A model generated the notes under the pieces. The model did not search any database and was not told the DNA's origin. It was given only the letters and a program-made list of their open reading frames with translations. Positions 1-12,618 of a stretch of DNA of 64,000 bases are shown piece after piece. The position numbers and the translations under genes were made by a program. The DNA is from Eledone cirrhosa (lineage: Eukaryota): assembly GCA_964016885.1 (NCBI GenBank), contig OZ024752.1, positions 48,484,001-48,548,000 of the forward strand, read 5' to 3'. Numbering within the stretch: position 1 is the first letter of the stretch; each line of letters begins with the position of its first letter.

Positions 1-369
1 AAAAACCCCCAAAAAACTATTATCTTTATCATCATGTGTATTTTGTTTTCATTTTTTTTTTACCCAAGAAATTTTTTTAATAAGGATTTAAATTTTTATC
101 TCTTCATTCGTTCCACAGCTAACTGATACCAACGCCAACCCCGACCCCACACCAACACCAACACCACCCCGACCCCCACACCAATAATCCCCATCTTGTA
201 GGTCAATATTATTTATCAGGATAAACTAATTTCATTCACTTGTTCTGGTTCTCTTCTTGCTAAACATTGCCAATGATCACCAACCAACAATAAATATACA
301 TATATATATATATGTATATATGTATATATATATATATATATATACATACATATATACATATATACATGT

Positions 370-404
<35 letters not shown>

Positions 405-470
405 ACCGTGAAACTAATAACACTATGTACTATTGATTCCTGCGTTTGTTTGTTTATTTGTCCTTTTGAA

Positions 471-523
<53 letters not shown>

Positions 524-553
524 CATCATTTTACGTCCGCTTTTCCCTACTTG

Positions 554-601
<48 letters not shown>

Positions 602-602
602 G

Positions 603-663
<61 letters not shown>

Positions 664-664
664 G

Positions 665-728
<64 letters not shown>

Positions 729-765
729 TATGTATGTATATATATATATATATATAAAATATGCA

Positions 766-833
<68 letters not shown>

Positions 834-1164
834 GTATGTATATATATGTATGCATGTATATATGTATAAAATATAAAGACAAATAAGAAATTACAAATAT
901 GAACTCCACCTAACTCCCATCACCACTAATACACCCCCCTCCAGTCGTTGTCATTGGAGACAGTAGTTGAAACCAAATACTAAAAAAAAGTAGTACTTTA
1001 TTCTTGATTTTCTTTTCGTTTTAGTTCTAGGTCGTACTGTTATCATGCAGTGTTGAGCTCTTTTGTATAAAGTTATATTTGTTGTTGTTGTGAGGGGTTT
1101 TACAGCCGTTCTCCCCCCTCTTGCTCTTACACATTTAATGATTTCTTATGCTCGTTTGTTTAGG

Positions 1165-1205
<41 letters not shown>

Positions 1206-1296
1206 TATATATGTATAAATATATATTATATATATATATATACACATAATTATATATATATATATATATATTTATACATATATATATATACATATT

Positions 1297-1333
<37 letters not shown>

Positions 1334-1463
1334 TTATACATATATATATATATTTATACATATATATATATATACATATTCATACATATATATATATATA
1401 TATACATATTTATACATATATATATATACATATTTATACACATATACATATATACATATTTAT

Positions 1464-1521
<58 letters not shown>

Positions 1522-1756
1522 ACACATATACATACACACATATATATATATATATATATATACATACATACATACACATATATATACGTATATTATCTAT
1601 CTCCTCTTCTTTACTTTTTTTTTTTTTACTTAAATACATAAAAAAGCAACAACTAAATATTTTCATACTTTTGTATCCTTATTGACAAAAGTAAATGTAG
1701 TCTGAGAAATTATTTATCGTTATTTCAATAGCACTGATATCACATACAAGAAACAG

Positions 1757-2646
1757 CAGAAACAGCTACATGTTGGTGGTGGTGGAAGAGATGGTATAGA
1801 TGGTGGTGGAGGAGAAAGATATAGTATAGATGGTGGTGGTGGAGGAAGAGATTAATATAGATGGGGGGGGGGGGAGAATGGCAAATAAAGAAGGTAAATT
1901 TTAAACAACAGAAACAGCTAGATGTTGGTGGTGGTGGTGGCAGATGAGATGGTATAGATGTTGGCGGTGGTGGTGGTGGTGGTGGAGGAAGAGATGGTAT
2001 AGATGGGGGTGGTGGTGGTGGTGGTGGTGGAGGAAGAGATGGTATAGATGGGGGTGGTGGTGGAGGAGGTAAAGATGGTATAGATGTTGGCGGTGGTGGT
2101 GGTGGTGGAAGAAGATATGGCATAGGTGGTGGTGGTGGTGGCAGATGAGATGGTATAGATGGTGGTGGTGGTGGTGGAAGAGATGGTATAGATGGGGTTG
2201 GTGGTGGAGGAGGTAAAGATGGTATAGATGTTGGCGGCGGTGGTGGTGGTGGTGGAAGAAGATATGGCATAGGTGGTGGTGGTGGTGGCAGATGAGATGG
2301 TATAGATGGTGGTGGTGGAAGAGATGGTATAGATGGGGTTGGTGGTGGAGGAGGTAAAGATGGTATAGATGTTGGCGGCGGTGGTGGTGGTGGTGGAAGA
2401 AGATATGATATAGATGGTGGTGGTGAAGGAAGTGATAGTATAGGTGGTGGAGGAAGAGATGGTAAGATGGTGGTGGTGGTGGTGGTGGTGGTGGTGGAGG
2501 AAGAGATGGTAAGATGGTGGTGGTGGTGGTGGTGGTGGTGGAGGAGGAAGAGATGGTAAGATGGTGGTGGTGGTGGTGGAGGAAGAGATGGTGTAGATGG
2601 TGGTGGTGGGGGGAGGGTGGCAAATAAAGAAGAAGGTAGATTTTAA
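1757..2646. repeat. Tandem duplication with expanded GGT/GATGGTATAGAT low-complexity core
   Basis: CAGAAACAGCTA.ATGTTGGTGG starts at ~1757 and ~1909; TGGCAAATAAAGAAG...TTTTAA ends at ~1904 and ~2646; the second copy has a much longer (GGT)n interior. The Pro/His-rich ORFs here are artefacts. Confidence 0.75.
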
Positions 2647-3879
2647 TGACAAGGAAACAAGATTTATTACTTTTAATTCTGTTTCTGTTTTTAACCATCT
2701 ATTTTTTTCCTCTTCACTCTTGTATTTTAATTTTTATTTTTTCACTTTTGTCAGTTTTAAAAATGTTTAATTTTTCATTTTTTGTATTTTTCATTTTCTT
2801 TATAATTATTTTTTTTTGGGTGAATTCTGCTTTATATTTTTTTTATTTTATTTTGTATATTTTATTTTGTATATTTTATTTTGTATATTTATTTTTTTTA
2901 TTTTACTTAGATTCTTATGTGTTTGTGTGTGTATATATGTCTGTGTGTCTGTTTATGTGTGTATGCCTATGTGTGTATGTCTATGTATGTATATGTATAT
3001 CTATCTGAGTATATATGCAGGTGTATGTCGGTCTGTGTGTCTGTATTTGTCTGTTTATGTGTGTTTGTTTATGTGTGTATGTTTATGTGTGTATGTTTAT
3101 GTGTGTATGTTTTTGTGTGTCTGTTTTTGTGTGTCTGTTTTTGTGTGTCTGTTTATGTGTGTATGCCTCTGCATGTATGTCTGTATCTATATCTGTCTGA
3201 GTATATATATATATATATATATACAGGTGTATGTCTGTGTGTGTATGTGTCTACGTGTGTCTATGTGTATACCAACGTGTGTTTGTCTGTGTATGTATGT
3301 CGATGTGTGTGTCTATATATATATATCTATATGTGTGCCTATATATATGTCTGTGTATGTATGTGTGTGCCTATATATATATATGTTTGTGTGTGTGCCT
3401 ATATATATGTCTGTGTATGTATGTGTGTGCCTATATATATATATATGTTTGTGTGTGTGCCTATATATACGTCTGTGTATGTATGTGTGTGTCTATATAT
3501 ATATCTATATGTGTGCCTATATATATGTCTGTGTATGTATGTGTGTGCCTATATATATATATGTTTGTGTGTGTGCCTATATATACGTCTGTGTATGTAT
3601 GTGTGTGTCTATATATATATATATATATGTTTGTGTGTGTGCCTATATATATGTCTGTGTATGTATGTGTGTGTCTATATATATATATGTTTGTGTGTGT
3701 GCCTATATATATGTCTGTGTATGTGTGTGTCTATATGTATGTCTCTGTATGTATGTCTATGTGTATATAACTATGTGTGTGTATGGAGAAAGTGATGTAG
3801 TTTTTGTCAGCATCAGAATCCAGTTTAATTATGTGCCTTATCAAAATATGAGCCATGAGTCTATCTTGTGTCCAACACC

Positions 3880-5450
3880 CCACCACCACCACCACCATAC
3901 CCCACCACCACCATACCCCACCACTACCACCACCATACCCCACCACTACCACCACCACCGCCATCATACCCTGTAGCACAAACAACACCAACAGAAAGTC
4001 TGTTACTATTGACACAACAAACACCACCACTACCAACACCACCAACACCACCACTACCAACACCACCAACACCACCACTACCAACACCACTAACACCACC
4101 ACTACCAACACCACCACTACCAACACCACCAACACCACCACTACAAACACCACCACTACCAACACCACCAACACCACCACTACCAACACCACCAACACCA
4201 CCACTACCAACACCACCAACACCACCACTACCAACACCACCAACACCGCCACTACCAACACCACCACTACCAACACCACCAACACCACCACTACCAACAC
4301 CACCAACACCACCACTACCAATACCAAAACTACCAACAGCACCAACACCAACACTACCAACACCAACACCAACACCACTACCACCAACACCAACACTACC
4401 AACACCACCAACACCAACACCACTACCACCAAGACCAACACCACCAACAACACCAACACTAACACCACTAGCACCAACACCACTACCACCAACACCACTA
4501 GCACCACCAACACCAACACCAACAACACCAACACCACTACAACCAACACCACCACTACACCATCCCTTCCCCGCCCTCCTATTCGTTACAAGACCCACTA
4601 AGTCATTTAATTTATCAAATAAAATAAAACAGCAATGGCTTTCATTAAGTTAACCCTGATTGGATTTCGGTGTTATAACTGTTGCTGTTGTTGTTGTGGT
4701 TGTTGTTGTTGCTGTTGTTGTTGTTGTTGTTTATATTCCTTATCAATGCCTTTGTTTTCTGTTGTCATAAATAGTGTTCTTATATATTTATCTAATTAAT
4801 GGGATTTAAAAAAAAAAATAGAAGATTATGATAGCTCCTGACGCCACAAACCAGTGCCACCATCACAACATCAGCAGTAACAACACCAACAGCAGCAGTA
4901 ACAACAACACCAACAGCAGCAATAACAACAACACTAACAGCAGCAGTAACAACAGCACTAGTAATAACAACAATAGCAGCAGTAATAACAACACCAACAG
5001 CAGCAGTAACAAAAACACTAGTAACAACAACACTAACAGCAGCAGTGACAACACAACCACCAGTAACAACAACAACAACACAAACACCAACAACAACAAA
5101 AACACAACTGCCATTAACAACAACAACAGCAGCAGCAATAACAACAACACAACCACCAGTAACAACAACAACACAACCACCATTAACAACAACAACAACA
5201 ACCGCCAACAACAACAAAAACACAACCGCCATTAACAACAACAACAGCAGCAGCAATAACAACAACACAACCACCAGTAACAACAACAACACAACCACCA
5301 TTAACAACAACAACAGCAGCAGCAGCAATAACAACAACACAACCACCAGTAACAACAACAACACAACCACCATTAACAACAACAATAACAGCACCAGTAA
5401 CAACAACAACAAAAACAACCACCACCAACAACAGCAGCAGTAACAACAAC
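3880..5450. repeat. (CCA/CAA/CTA)n compound trinucleotide microsatellites
   Basis: Directly visible; source of the poly-T/N/P/V/G ORFs in all frames. Confidence 0.9.
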
Positions 5451-5845
5451 AAATATGCTATCTCCAACTACCACTACTATCAACAATAACACGATCCTGA
5501 AAGCAACACAACCCCAACATCACCTCCTGTATAATAAACCTTTTAGGATCTTTTATGCGCCAGTATATATTTTTATTTTACTTAGAATACACAACAAACC
5601 CCCCAATTTTACATATCAAGTAATTGGAATTGAAAAGTTGTACATTGACAGTCGATCGACATTCATCAAATTTGACCGAGGAAACAATGGTGCCAAGCAG
5701 TTTCATACAAGCAGAAACTGGTTGGCACTGCAGTCAGGTTTATACCTGTCTCTGTACCTACTCTGCATCTCCCCAAGCATTGAGCTCTCCAATGATTTGT
5801 GGCCTCTTTGATCTCAGCACTTCAGAATCTCTCTCCCTATACATA

Positions 5846-6399
5846 TCGACAGTCGATCAATTTTTGTCAAATCGGACCGAGGAAACAATGTTTTCATTTC
5901 ATTTCATTTCATTTTACGTCCGCTTTTTCCCTGCTTGCAAGGGTGGTACGGGAACTGATTCTGGCTTGATTTCTACAGCTGGATGCCCTTCCTAACACCA
6001 ACCTCATTTACAATGAGTGCTGGGTGCTTTTTTGCCGTGGCACCTCCACGACCACTTTGCAGTGGAATGATAGGGACCCCAGTCTCTATCATCTCATTTC
6101 TACAGCTGAATAAACTGGAGCAATGTGAAATAAAGTGTCTTGCTCAAGGAAACAACACATCACCCGGTCTGAGAATTGAACTCACAACCTTTCGATTGCA
6201 AGGCCAATGCTCTAACCACAAAGCCATGTGCCTCCATTTCATTGGTCTTTCCAATTGCTAATACTATCTATTGGTCGCAACTCCAACATGAAATAAAGTG
6301 TCTTGCTCAAGGACATAATGCATCGCCTAGTCCGGGAATTGAGCTCACAACCTCACGATTGCGAATCCAGTTCTCTAACCACTCAGCCACGCGCTTTCA
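5846..6399 (-). mobile_element. tRNA-derived SINE family S2, interrupted by an S1 SINE
   Basis: Halves ...GAGGAAACAATGTTT / CATTGGTCTTTCCAATTGCTAATAC... are contiguous in the intact copy at 62165-62373; Pol III A/B boxes on the minus strand near 6390 and 6345. Confidence 0.85.
5899..6235 (-). mobile_element. tRNA-derived SINE family S1 with RTE-type 3' tail
   Basis: Near-identical reverse complement of 35746-36092; probable TSD TTTCATT at 5892-5898 and 6237-6243. Confidence 0.9.
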
Positions 6400-6761
6400 C
6401 TAAATTTAAGTTATACATACAGGTATTAGATTCAAAAATTCTAACCATCCTCAAACTAAAAAGCCCAGCTGAGGGCACAAATAAATTGCTATGGACTTCA
6501 CTGGTGGGATATCCTCCTGCAGGGGGCTCAAAGCAATTTCTGCCCCCCCCCCCCCATTAAATCTGTAGGGTTCAGACAACCAGTTGGTTTGGTGAGAAAT
6601 TTGTTTATCCCCTGACACCCTACATTGCATGTGTCCAGCCATAGACAAGACACATAATTATGAGAAATATATTTATATATATATATATATTACTCTCTTT
6701 ACTCTTTGTTCTTGAATGTTTGGTTGGTAGAGTCCATAACACCAATCAAACCCCTTTTATA

Positions 6762-6806
6762 GCTCTGACGAATCCTACGGTTACATAAGGAAGAAACATT
6801 GTAAGC
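6762..6806 (+). ncRNA. Minimal type I hammerhead ribozyme motif
   Basis: GCT-CTGACGA-ATCCT(ACGGTTACATA)AGGAA-GAAA-CATTG-TA-AGC: stem I GCT/AGC, stem II TCCT/AGGA, short stem III, GUA triplet. Confidence 0.6.
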
Positions 6807-6954
6807 CAATAAAAATCTTTTGATGTTGTAGACGCTCTTGTGTTCTTTATCATATATATATATATATATACGTTATTCCGGGTTGAATCGGAGGTAACCA
6901 CAGTATGTAAGGTACTCAATACATTGCAGAGTATAAAAGTTTTAATATAGATGA

Positions 6955-7003
6955 GATTCTACAGGACTAGAACTGTTTCATTCTTTAGAAATCATCAGGA
7001 ATC
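6955..7003 (-). ncRNA. Type I hammerhead ribozyme (family A, minus arm)
   Basis: Exact reverse complement of 7008-7056. Confidence 0.85.
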
Positions 7004-7007
7004 AGAT

Positions 7008-7056
7008 GATTCCTGATGATTTCTAAAGAATGAAACAGTTCTAGTCCTGTAGAATC
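7008..7056 (+). ncRNA. Type I hammerhead ribozyme (family A, plus arm)
   Basis: GATTC-CTGATGA-T TTC TAAA GAA T-GAAA-CAG TTCTAGTC CTG-TA-GAATC: 5-bp stem I, intact core, stem III ACAG/CTGT, GUA cleavage predicted after 7051. Confidence 0.85.
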
Positions 7057-7068
7057 TCATCTATATTA

Positions 7069-7142
<74 letters not shown>

Positions 7143-7383
7143 TACATATATATATATATAATATGTATATAGATACATATATACAAATATATATATATAC
7201 ACAGATAAGATACATATATATAATATATAAGATCAAAAGATGGTTAAAAGAGTTCCATGTATTTTATTATGCGCATTTCAAAAACAAATATCATCATGCA
7301 ATAACATTTGCGTTTTCGTCAGATAAAATAGGGAGACATGATATGAAGGTTAAAACACACTTGTGAATAGTGCAGTTTTAAAT

Positions 7384-7418
<35 letters not shown>

Positions 7419-7665
7419 CACACACAGATACATATATAGGTACATACACACACAGATACATATATAGATACATATATACATATATATATACACAGATACA
7501 TATATATACATATATATATATATACAGATACATATATAAATACATATATACATATATACACAGATACATATATATATATACAGATACATATATACATATA
7601 TATATATATACATATACATATAAATGCATATATACATATACACATATATATACATATATACACAC

Positions 7666-7700
<35 letters not shown>

Positions 7701-8194
7701 CAGAGAGAGAGAGCACAGATGACTAAGTCAACAACAAAGTTGGCAGATGGTTACAAGGTCAAAAGTTCATACCATGCTGCTATCACTGTATTATGACAAT
7801 TGCTAAAGCATTTAAATTAATTTATCTATTAATCTTATTTCCTTGTTACCATCTGATATTTGGTCTTTTTTACTTTTATCAAGTCTATATAAAGCAGGCA
7901 ATTATGTACAAATACCTATGTTCACTGACGAGGTTTAATAAGTCGAAACATTCCAAGTTTTTAAACAGTGTTTCTACTATACAGAGGTGGTCATAACTGG
8001 ACCCAAAAACCTAAGGTTGTGCATACATGTTAAGTGTATGAAATTTTAATTACAGCAAAATAATATATTATACTTTGTGAATGCTTTGTAAAAAAAATAT
8101 ATACATGAATCCAACATTGTACAGGTAGAAAGGTGAAATTATAAAAGATAGAAAATTCCTCATTTACCAAACTTACCTGGATAAATCCATACAT

Positions 8195-8254
8195 TCAAAT
8201 AAAGTATGGTTGATTTGAAGTAAAGTTCATAAAAATCTTCATTTCTTTTTTAAG
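8195..8254 (-). CDS. Candidate last coding segment (exon 8177-8254) of an unidentified gene
   Basis: Acceptor TATTTTATTTCAG at 8255, donor CAG|GTAAGT at 8177/8176; phase-0 reading LKKEMKIFMNFTSNQPYFI* is compatible with the phase-0 end of exon 10109-10219. Confidence 0.4.
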   Translation of the reverse strand, partial: LKKEMKIFMNFTSNQPYFI

Positions 8255-8299
8255 CTGAAATAAAATATATTTTTTGCACATTCTCTGCCACCAATTTAG

Positions 8300-8580
8300 G
8301 CGCTTTGACCACAAACCCTGGTACCATGGTCCACAATAGAAAGGACAGGAAGACAAGCAGATACCAGGGATTGTCCGACTGCTTCCTCTTTGCACTGGTC
8401 ACTGTCAAGACCTCAGGTGTCCTTGGACCTGATACAGCTCAGCTGAGCTCCTCTGTAAAATCAGAATATCAGTCAGCAGTCCATCTAAGGCTGGAGCTTT
8501 GTGATGTGGCATGGCTGTTGCAGCATGTGTCACTGGCCATTGTCTGCAGAAATCCCTTTGCAGCTTTGTCCACAGGGTGC
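8300..8580 (+). pseudogene. Degenerate C-terminal fragment of a CRE-like (REL-endonuclease) non-LTR retrotransposon
   Basis: DRKTSRYQGLSDCFLFALVTVKTSGVLGP...WLLQHVSLAIVCRNPFAALS resembles the K..KY / F.P.A.ET.G..G / QR.S.A..RGN pattern at the end of CRE-clade ORFs. Confidence 0.5.
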
Positions 8581-9365
8581 AACCAAAATACTGCCCCAAC
8601 CTAGACATAAAGTCTGTCACCCTCTTCTCTTCCCCTCTCTTTCTTCTGTTACCTAATAGTCCTTGCTCTTTCCCTCCTTTTTATTCTTATTTATGGCATT
8701 TATAGTTCTTTCCTTTACTTTCCTATACAGCCAGATCTGCCCTTCTTTATCTCGTCCCCCTTATTTTCATTACTTAATTTTGTTTTTATATATTTTTTTT
8801 TAATATTTCCATCATTGTATAACTTTTATTTATAAAATTTAATTGACATAAAATAAAATATATTGACAACAAAATATGTTTTACATGTTTACAAGAACAA
8901 TAGATAAATATAAATATAGATTAAAATTTTAATTGCTTCATGTAATTAAATGTCTTCAGTCAATTTCATATATACCTGATATCCCCCCCTCCATACACAG
9001 GCACACATGTATTCCATGACTCGTACACTGTTCATTTATGACGACGTAGAAAAACAACAGCCAATGGCAAGACAAGAGTGGAAGATGTTTTTTGAAGGTG
9101 TTTTTTGAAGCTAACACCCCAGTGAGAAAATTTGCTCCAAAAGCATTGCAGGTGTCCGAAGAACCTGCAGTTATAGAATCAGGCAGATCCATACAATGAT
9201 CATGTATCCAGCTATCTGCCAGCGAAACAATTGTAACACGCAATAAACTGAGTCTAGATGCATCACTGATTTTTCGTTTTTTTATATTATATCCCACTCT
9301 GTTCTGTAAGAACATAGAGTGCTCAACTGGCATACCGCCTATGGAAGCACCATAGCTACCATTAA

Positions 9366-9406
<41 letters not shown>

Positions 9407-9553
9407 TGAGAGAGAGAGAGAAGAAATACTAAATAAATTATGTAATGATGCCTATAAATTATAACTCATTTTTTTTCATTATCAGCTTGGGGTTTAGAAT
9501 ATAATTTAAGAATAAGTTCTTAAAAAAACTTAAAACGAAAGGTTTTATTTTAA

Positions 9554-9773
9554 CCCTTTAACATTTAAACCAGCTGTATCCTCCAGAATTCTTTCACCTC
9601 TTTCTGTTCAAACTCGCTGTAACTGGCCACTCATTCTGACAATAAGGTATTGTTCTCATAATAAGAAACATCAAAATCTTATAGACTTGAGATTTTGTGA
9701 AATAATTATGTCAGATAAAACCTTTACCACGAAAATATAATAGTATATATAGAGTAATGTAAATGCTAAAGGG
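9554..9773. mobile_element. piggyBac-type MITE (family M)
   Basis: TTAA|CCCTTTAACATTTA ... TAAATGCTAAAGGG|TTAA terminal inverted repeats with TTAA target site. Confidence 0.9.
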
Positions 9774-9792
9774 TTAATTATAAACATTTTAA

Positions 9793-10003
9793 CCCTTTAG
9801 CATTTAAACTGGCCAGAATTCTCTCATCCCTTTCTGTTCAAACCAGCTGTAACTGGCCGCTCATACTGAAGATAAGGTATTGTTATCAAAATAGATAATA
9901 TCAAAATCTCATAGATTCAATATTATATAAGATAATACTGTAAGATAAAACCTTTACCACAAAAATATAATAGTATATAGAGAGTTATGTAAATGCTAAA
10001 GGG
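9793..10003. mobile_element. piggyBac-type MITE (family M), second adjacent copy
   Basis: TTAA|CCCTTTAGCATTTA ... TAAATGCTAAAGGG|TTAA. Confidence 0.9.
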
Positions 10004-10108
10004 TTAAATATGAACATTTTAAAACATAAGTTTTTGTCCCAGAATCAGGGGCAGTTTGAGGTGAGTTGGCATAAAAAAAGTTTCGAATTACAATCTGAAA
10101 TGACTTAC

Positions 10109-10219
10109 CTGGAGTGGAAGACAGTCAGGTGTTGAGATGATTTCAACAGTGTTGGTCATGGCGGAGAAGGTTTCACTGTTTACTTGATTCATTAAATCAT
10201 CAATGAGTTTGAAACAGAC
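10109..10219 (-). CDS. Internal coding exon (111 nt, phase 0-0) of an unidentified gene
   Basis: Polypyrimidine acceptor TTTTTATCTCTTTCTAG, donor CAG|GTAAGT, stop-free 37 codons VCFKLIDDLMNQVNSETFSAMTNTVEIISTPDCLPLQ in non-repetitive sequence. Confidence 0.6.
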
Positions 10220-10303
10220 CTAGAAAGAGATAAAAAATTTATTCATTTTGAAAATAGTCAAGAATGTGGAGAGATTTAAGTGATATAACTGACATTCTCA
10301 GGG

Positions 10304-10477
10304 CCGGTAGAGGGTCGGACACTATGCTGTCTAGCAGAGTTACGTCCTTTTACGGTCTGAGTTCAAATCCCGTCTAGGTTAACTTTGCCTTTCATCTTTA
10401 CGGGGGTCGATAAAATAAAGTACCAGTAATACACTGGGATAATTGCTAGCCTTGTGCCAAAAGTAGAAACAATTATT
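10304..10477 (+). mobile_element. SINE family S3
   Basis: B box GAGTTCAAATCC then TTTGCCTTTCATC.TTACGGGGTCGATAAAATAAAGTACCAG core shared with about 10 copies in the window. Confidence 0.85.
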
Positions 10478-10660
10478 AAGCCTCTGTCTGAAATAAAACT
10501 TAACGGCCTTACATAAAATTATGACGAATGGGTTTCAGTGGACACTGTAAATGTGGTGGGCATTAGGAAGGGCATTTAGCAGTAGAAACCAATCCAGAAA
10601 CGGTTCTGTGGAGCAAGATATGGTCATCTGATCTGACTTGTCTCATAACAGGACAATTTT

Positions 10661-10967
10661 CATCATCATCATCATTTTATGTCCGCTTTTCCCTGCTTGC
10701 AAGGGTGGGATGGGTCCTATCCAGCACAGCATCTCTCCATTCGTCACGGTCCTTCGTCATCTCCTCCGTGAGCTTCAGTGATCTGAGATATCCGCTCTCA
10801 CCACCTCGGCCCATGTTTTTCATGGTCTTCCTCTACTGTGACTTCCCTCAACTGGGATTTCTTGGCACTTCTTTACCCAGCGGTCATCCTCCATGTGCAT
10901 CACATGTTCATCCCAACGCAGTCTTCTCTTCCGCTCACTACAGTTTAACACTCTTATACACAGTTTC
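10661..10967 (-). pseudogene. RTE-clade LINE 3' end with (GAT)n tail
   Basis: Degenerate RRLRW.EHVM.M...RW.K..C ... RGRP.KTW.EVV ... MTKDRDEWRDAVL, followed by CCCACCCTTGCAAGCAGGGAAAAGCGGAC.TAAAATGATGATG. Confidence 0.8.
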
Positions 10968-12080
10968 TTTAATATTTAACAAAAGTTAATATTTAACAAA
11001 AGTTAATATTTAACAAAACTATATTTAACAAAACTATATTTCTCTATAAAATTTCAAAAAAAAAAAAAATGAAGAGTATCTATGGAGACTTTCCTAATGG
11101 CAAAATACAATATAAATATCAAAATATAGATACAATACAAATGAAAATAAAAATCATCTATCAGGATTTAATTGTTGAATAATTATTTTAATCAGGCAGA
11201 AAACATTTCCTCAGCATTCTCAAGACCTTTTGCAACCAACTGCTAACCTTGTAAACAACATGCCATTAATAAAAGCATTTCATTCTGATGATGAAGCCAT
11301 GAAGGTCCTGAAACATAGATAGATTTAAGTATTGGTCTGAATTAAACAAAGATTGATAAGGAATTATGAAAAACCCTTAATGAAAAACAAACTCAGACTG
11401 AGACATGAAAATACAAAGCTGATCCATATTTAGATATACATACACACAGATGCAGACACTTAGTACAACATATACACACACACACTTATATATACACACA
11501 CACATTGACACACACACTTACAGCAGGACCCTATATATGTCAAATTTATTACAAAGGTTGTTTAAATAGGGAGAAACCTAGTATATATGTAAATTAAATG
11601 CACATGAATTTATTTGTACATATATACAAACAAACACACATGTCTATAAGTACATGCATATATATATATGTGTGTGTATGTATATATATGAACATATATG
11701 CATATATATGCACCTATATGTATACATATATATACATATATGTACATTATATATATATATATATATATGTACATATATGTATATATATGTACATATATAT
11801 GTATATATATATCTACATATATATGTATATATATATGTACATATATGTGTGTATATACATATATATATATAAACATATATATATATTGCTAGTCCCAAGA
11901 TCCTACTTAATTAAACAATTAAATAAACATTTGTCAGACAATTTAGATGACCAACTTTACTTTTGCAAGAAAATGGTCTGATAAATGCTTGATTAATTGT
12001 TTAATTAAGCAAGATAATCAGAGTAGCAAAGTATGTATATTCTGTAATAGTTCATCTCACTTTATATATATATGTGTGTG

Positions 12081-12111
<31 letters not shown>

Positions 12112-12140
12112 GTACATGTATATATATATATATGTATATG

Positions 12141-12174
<34 letters not shown>

Positions 12175-12315
12175 TATATACACAAATATACGTATATATA
12201 CATATATATACATATATGTGTGTGTGTGTATATGCATACATGTATATGCATACATGTATATGCATATACGAGAAATATACATATAAAAAAAAAAATATAT
12301 ATGTGTGTGTATGCG

Positions 12316-12347
<32 letters not shown>

Positions 12348-12618
12348 TATATGTTTGTGTGTGTATGTATATACATACACAGAAGATTTGCCTTCCCACA
12401 TGAGTAGAGTTATATGCAAGGAAAGAGAGAAGATGTAGACAGGAGGGATATTCCTGTCCTCCTGCCACTCCTCATTCTCACCCTCTCTCCAAATGTCCCT
12501 TCACCCATATTCTTTGCCCTTCAATTCCCCTGTCTAACCCATGCCAGAACAAAAAAACAAAACAAAAAAAAAACAAAACAAAAGTTTTGCTTCCAAGACA
12601 CCATTTAATATTTCACAT

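Larger units (their letters stand above)
6871..7068. mobile_element. Palindromic hammerhead-bearing Penelope-like element (family A) in (TA)n
   Basis: 72-nt tail plus perfect 62-bp inverted arms (6943-7004/7007-7068); second copy at 59233-59416; flanked by (TA)n on both sides. Confidence 0.8.

Noticed and set aside
7915-7970. CTGACGA...GAAAC hammerhead-like string
   Set aside because: Stem II relies on wobble pairs and stem I does not pair in register after the NUH; at best a decayed remnant.
8956-9375. 139-aa non-repetitive minus-strand ORF with a possible acceptor at ~9304
   Set aside because: No recognisable domain or good donor, and its end runs into a LINE 3' UTR fragment; needs tBLASTn or RNA-seq.
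11280-11325. CTGATGA...GAAAC string
   Set aside because: No convincing stem II, stem I or NUH.
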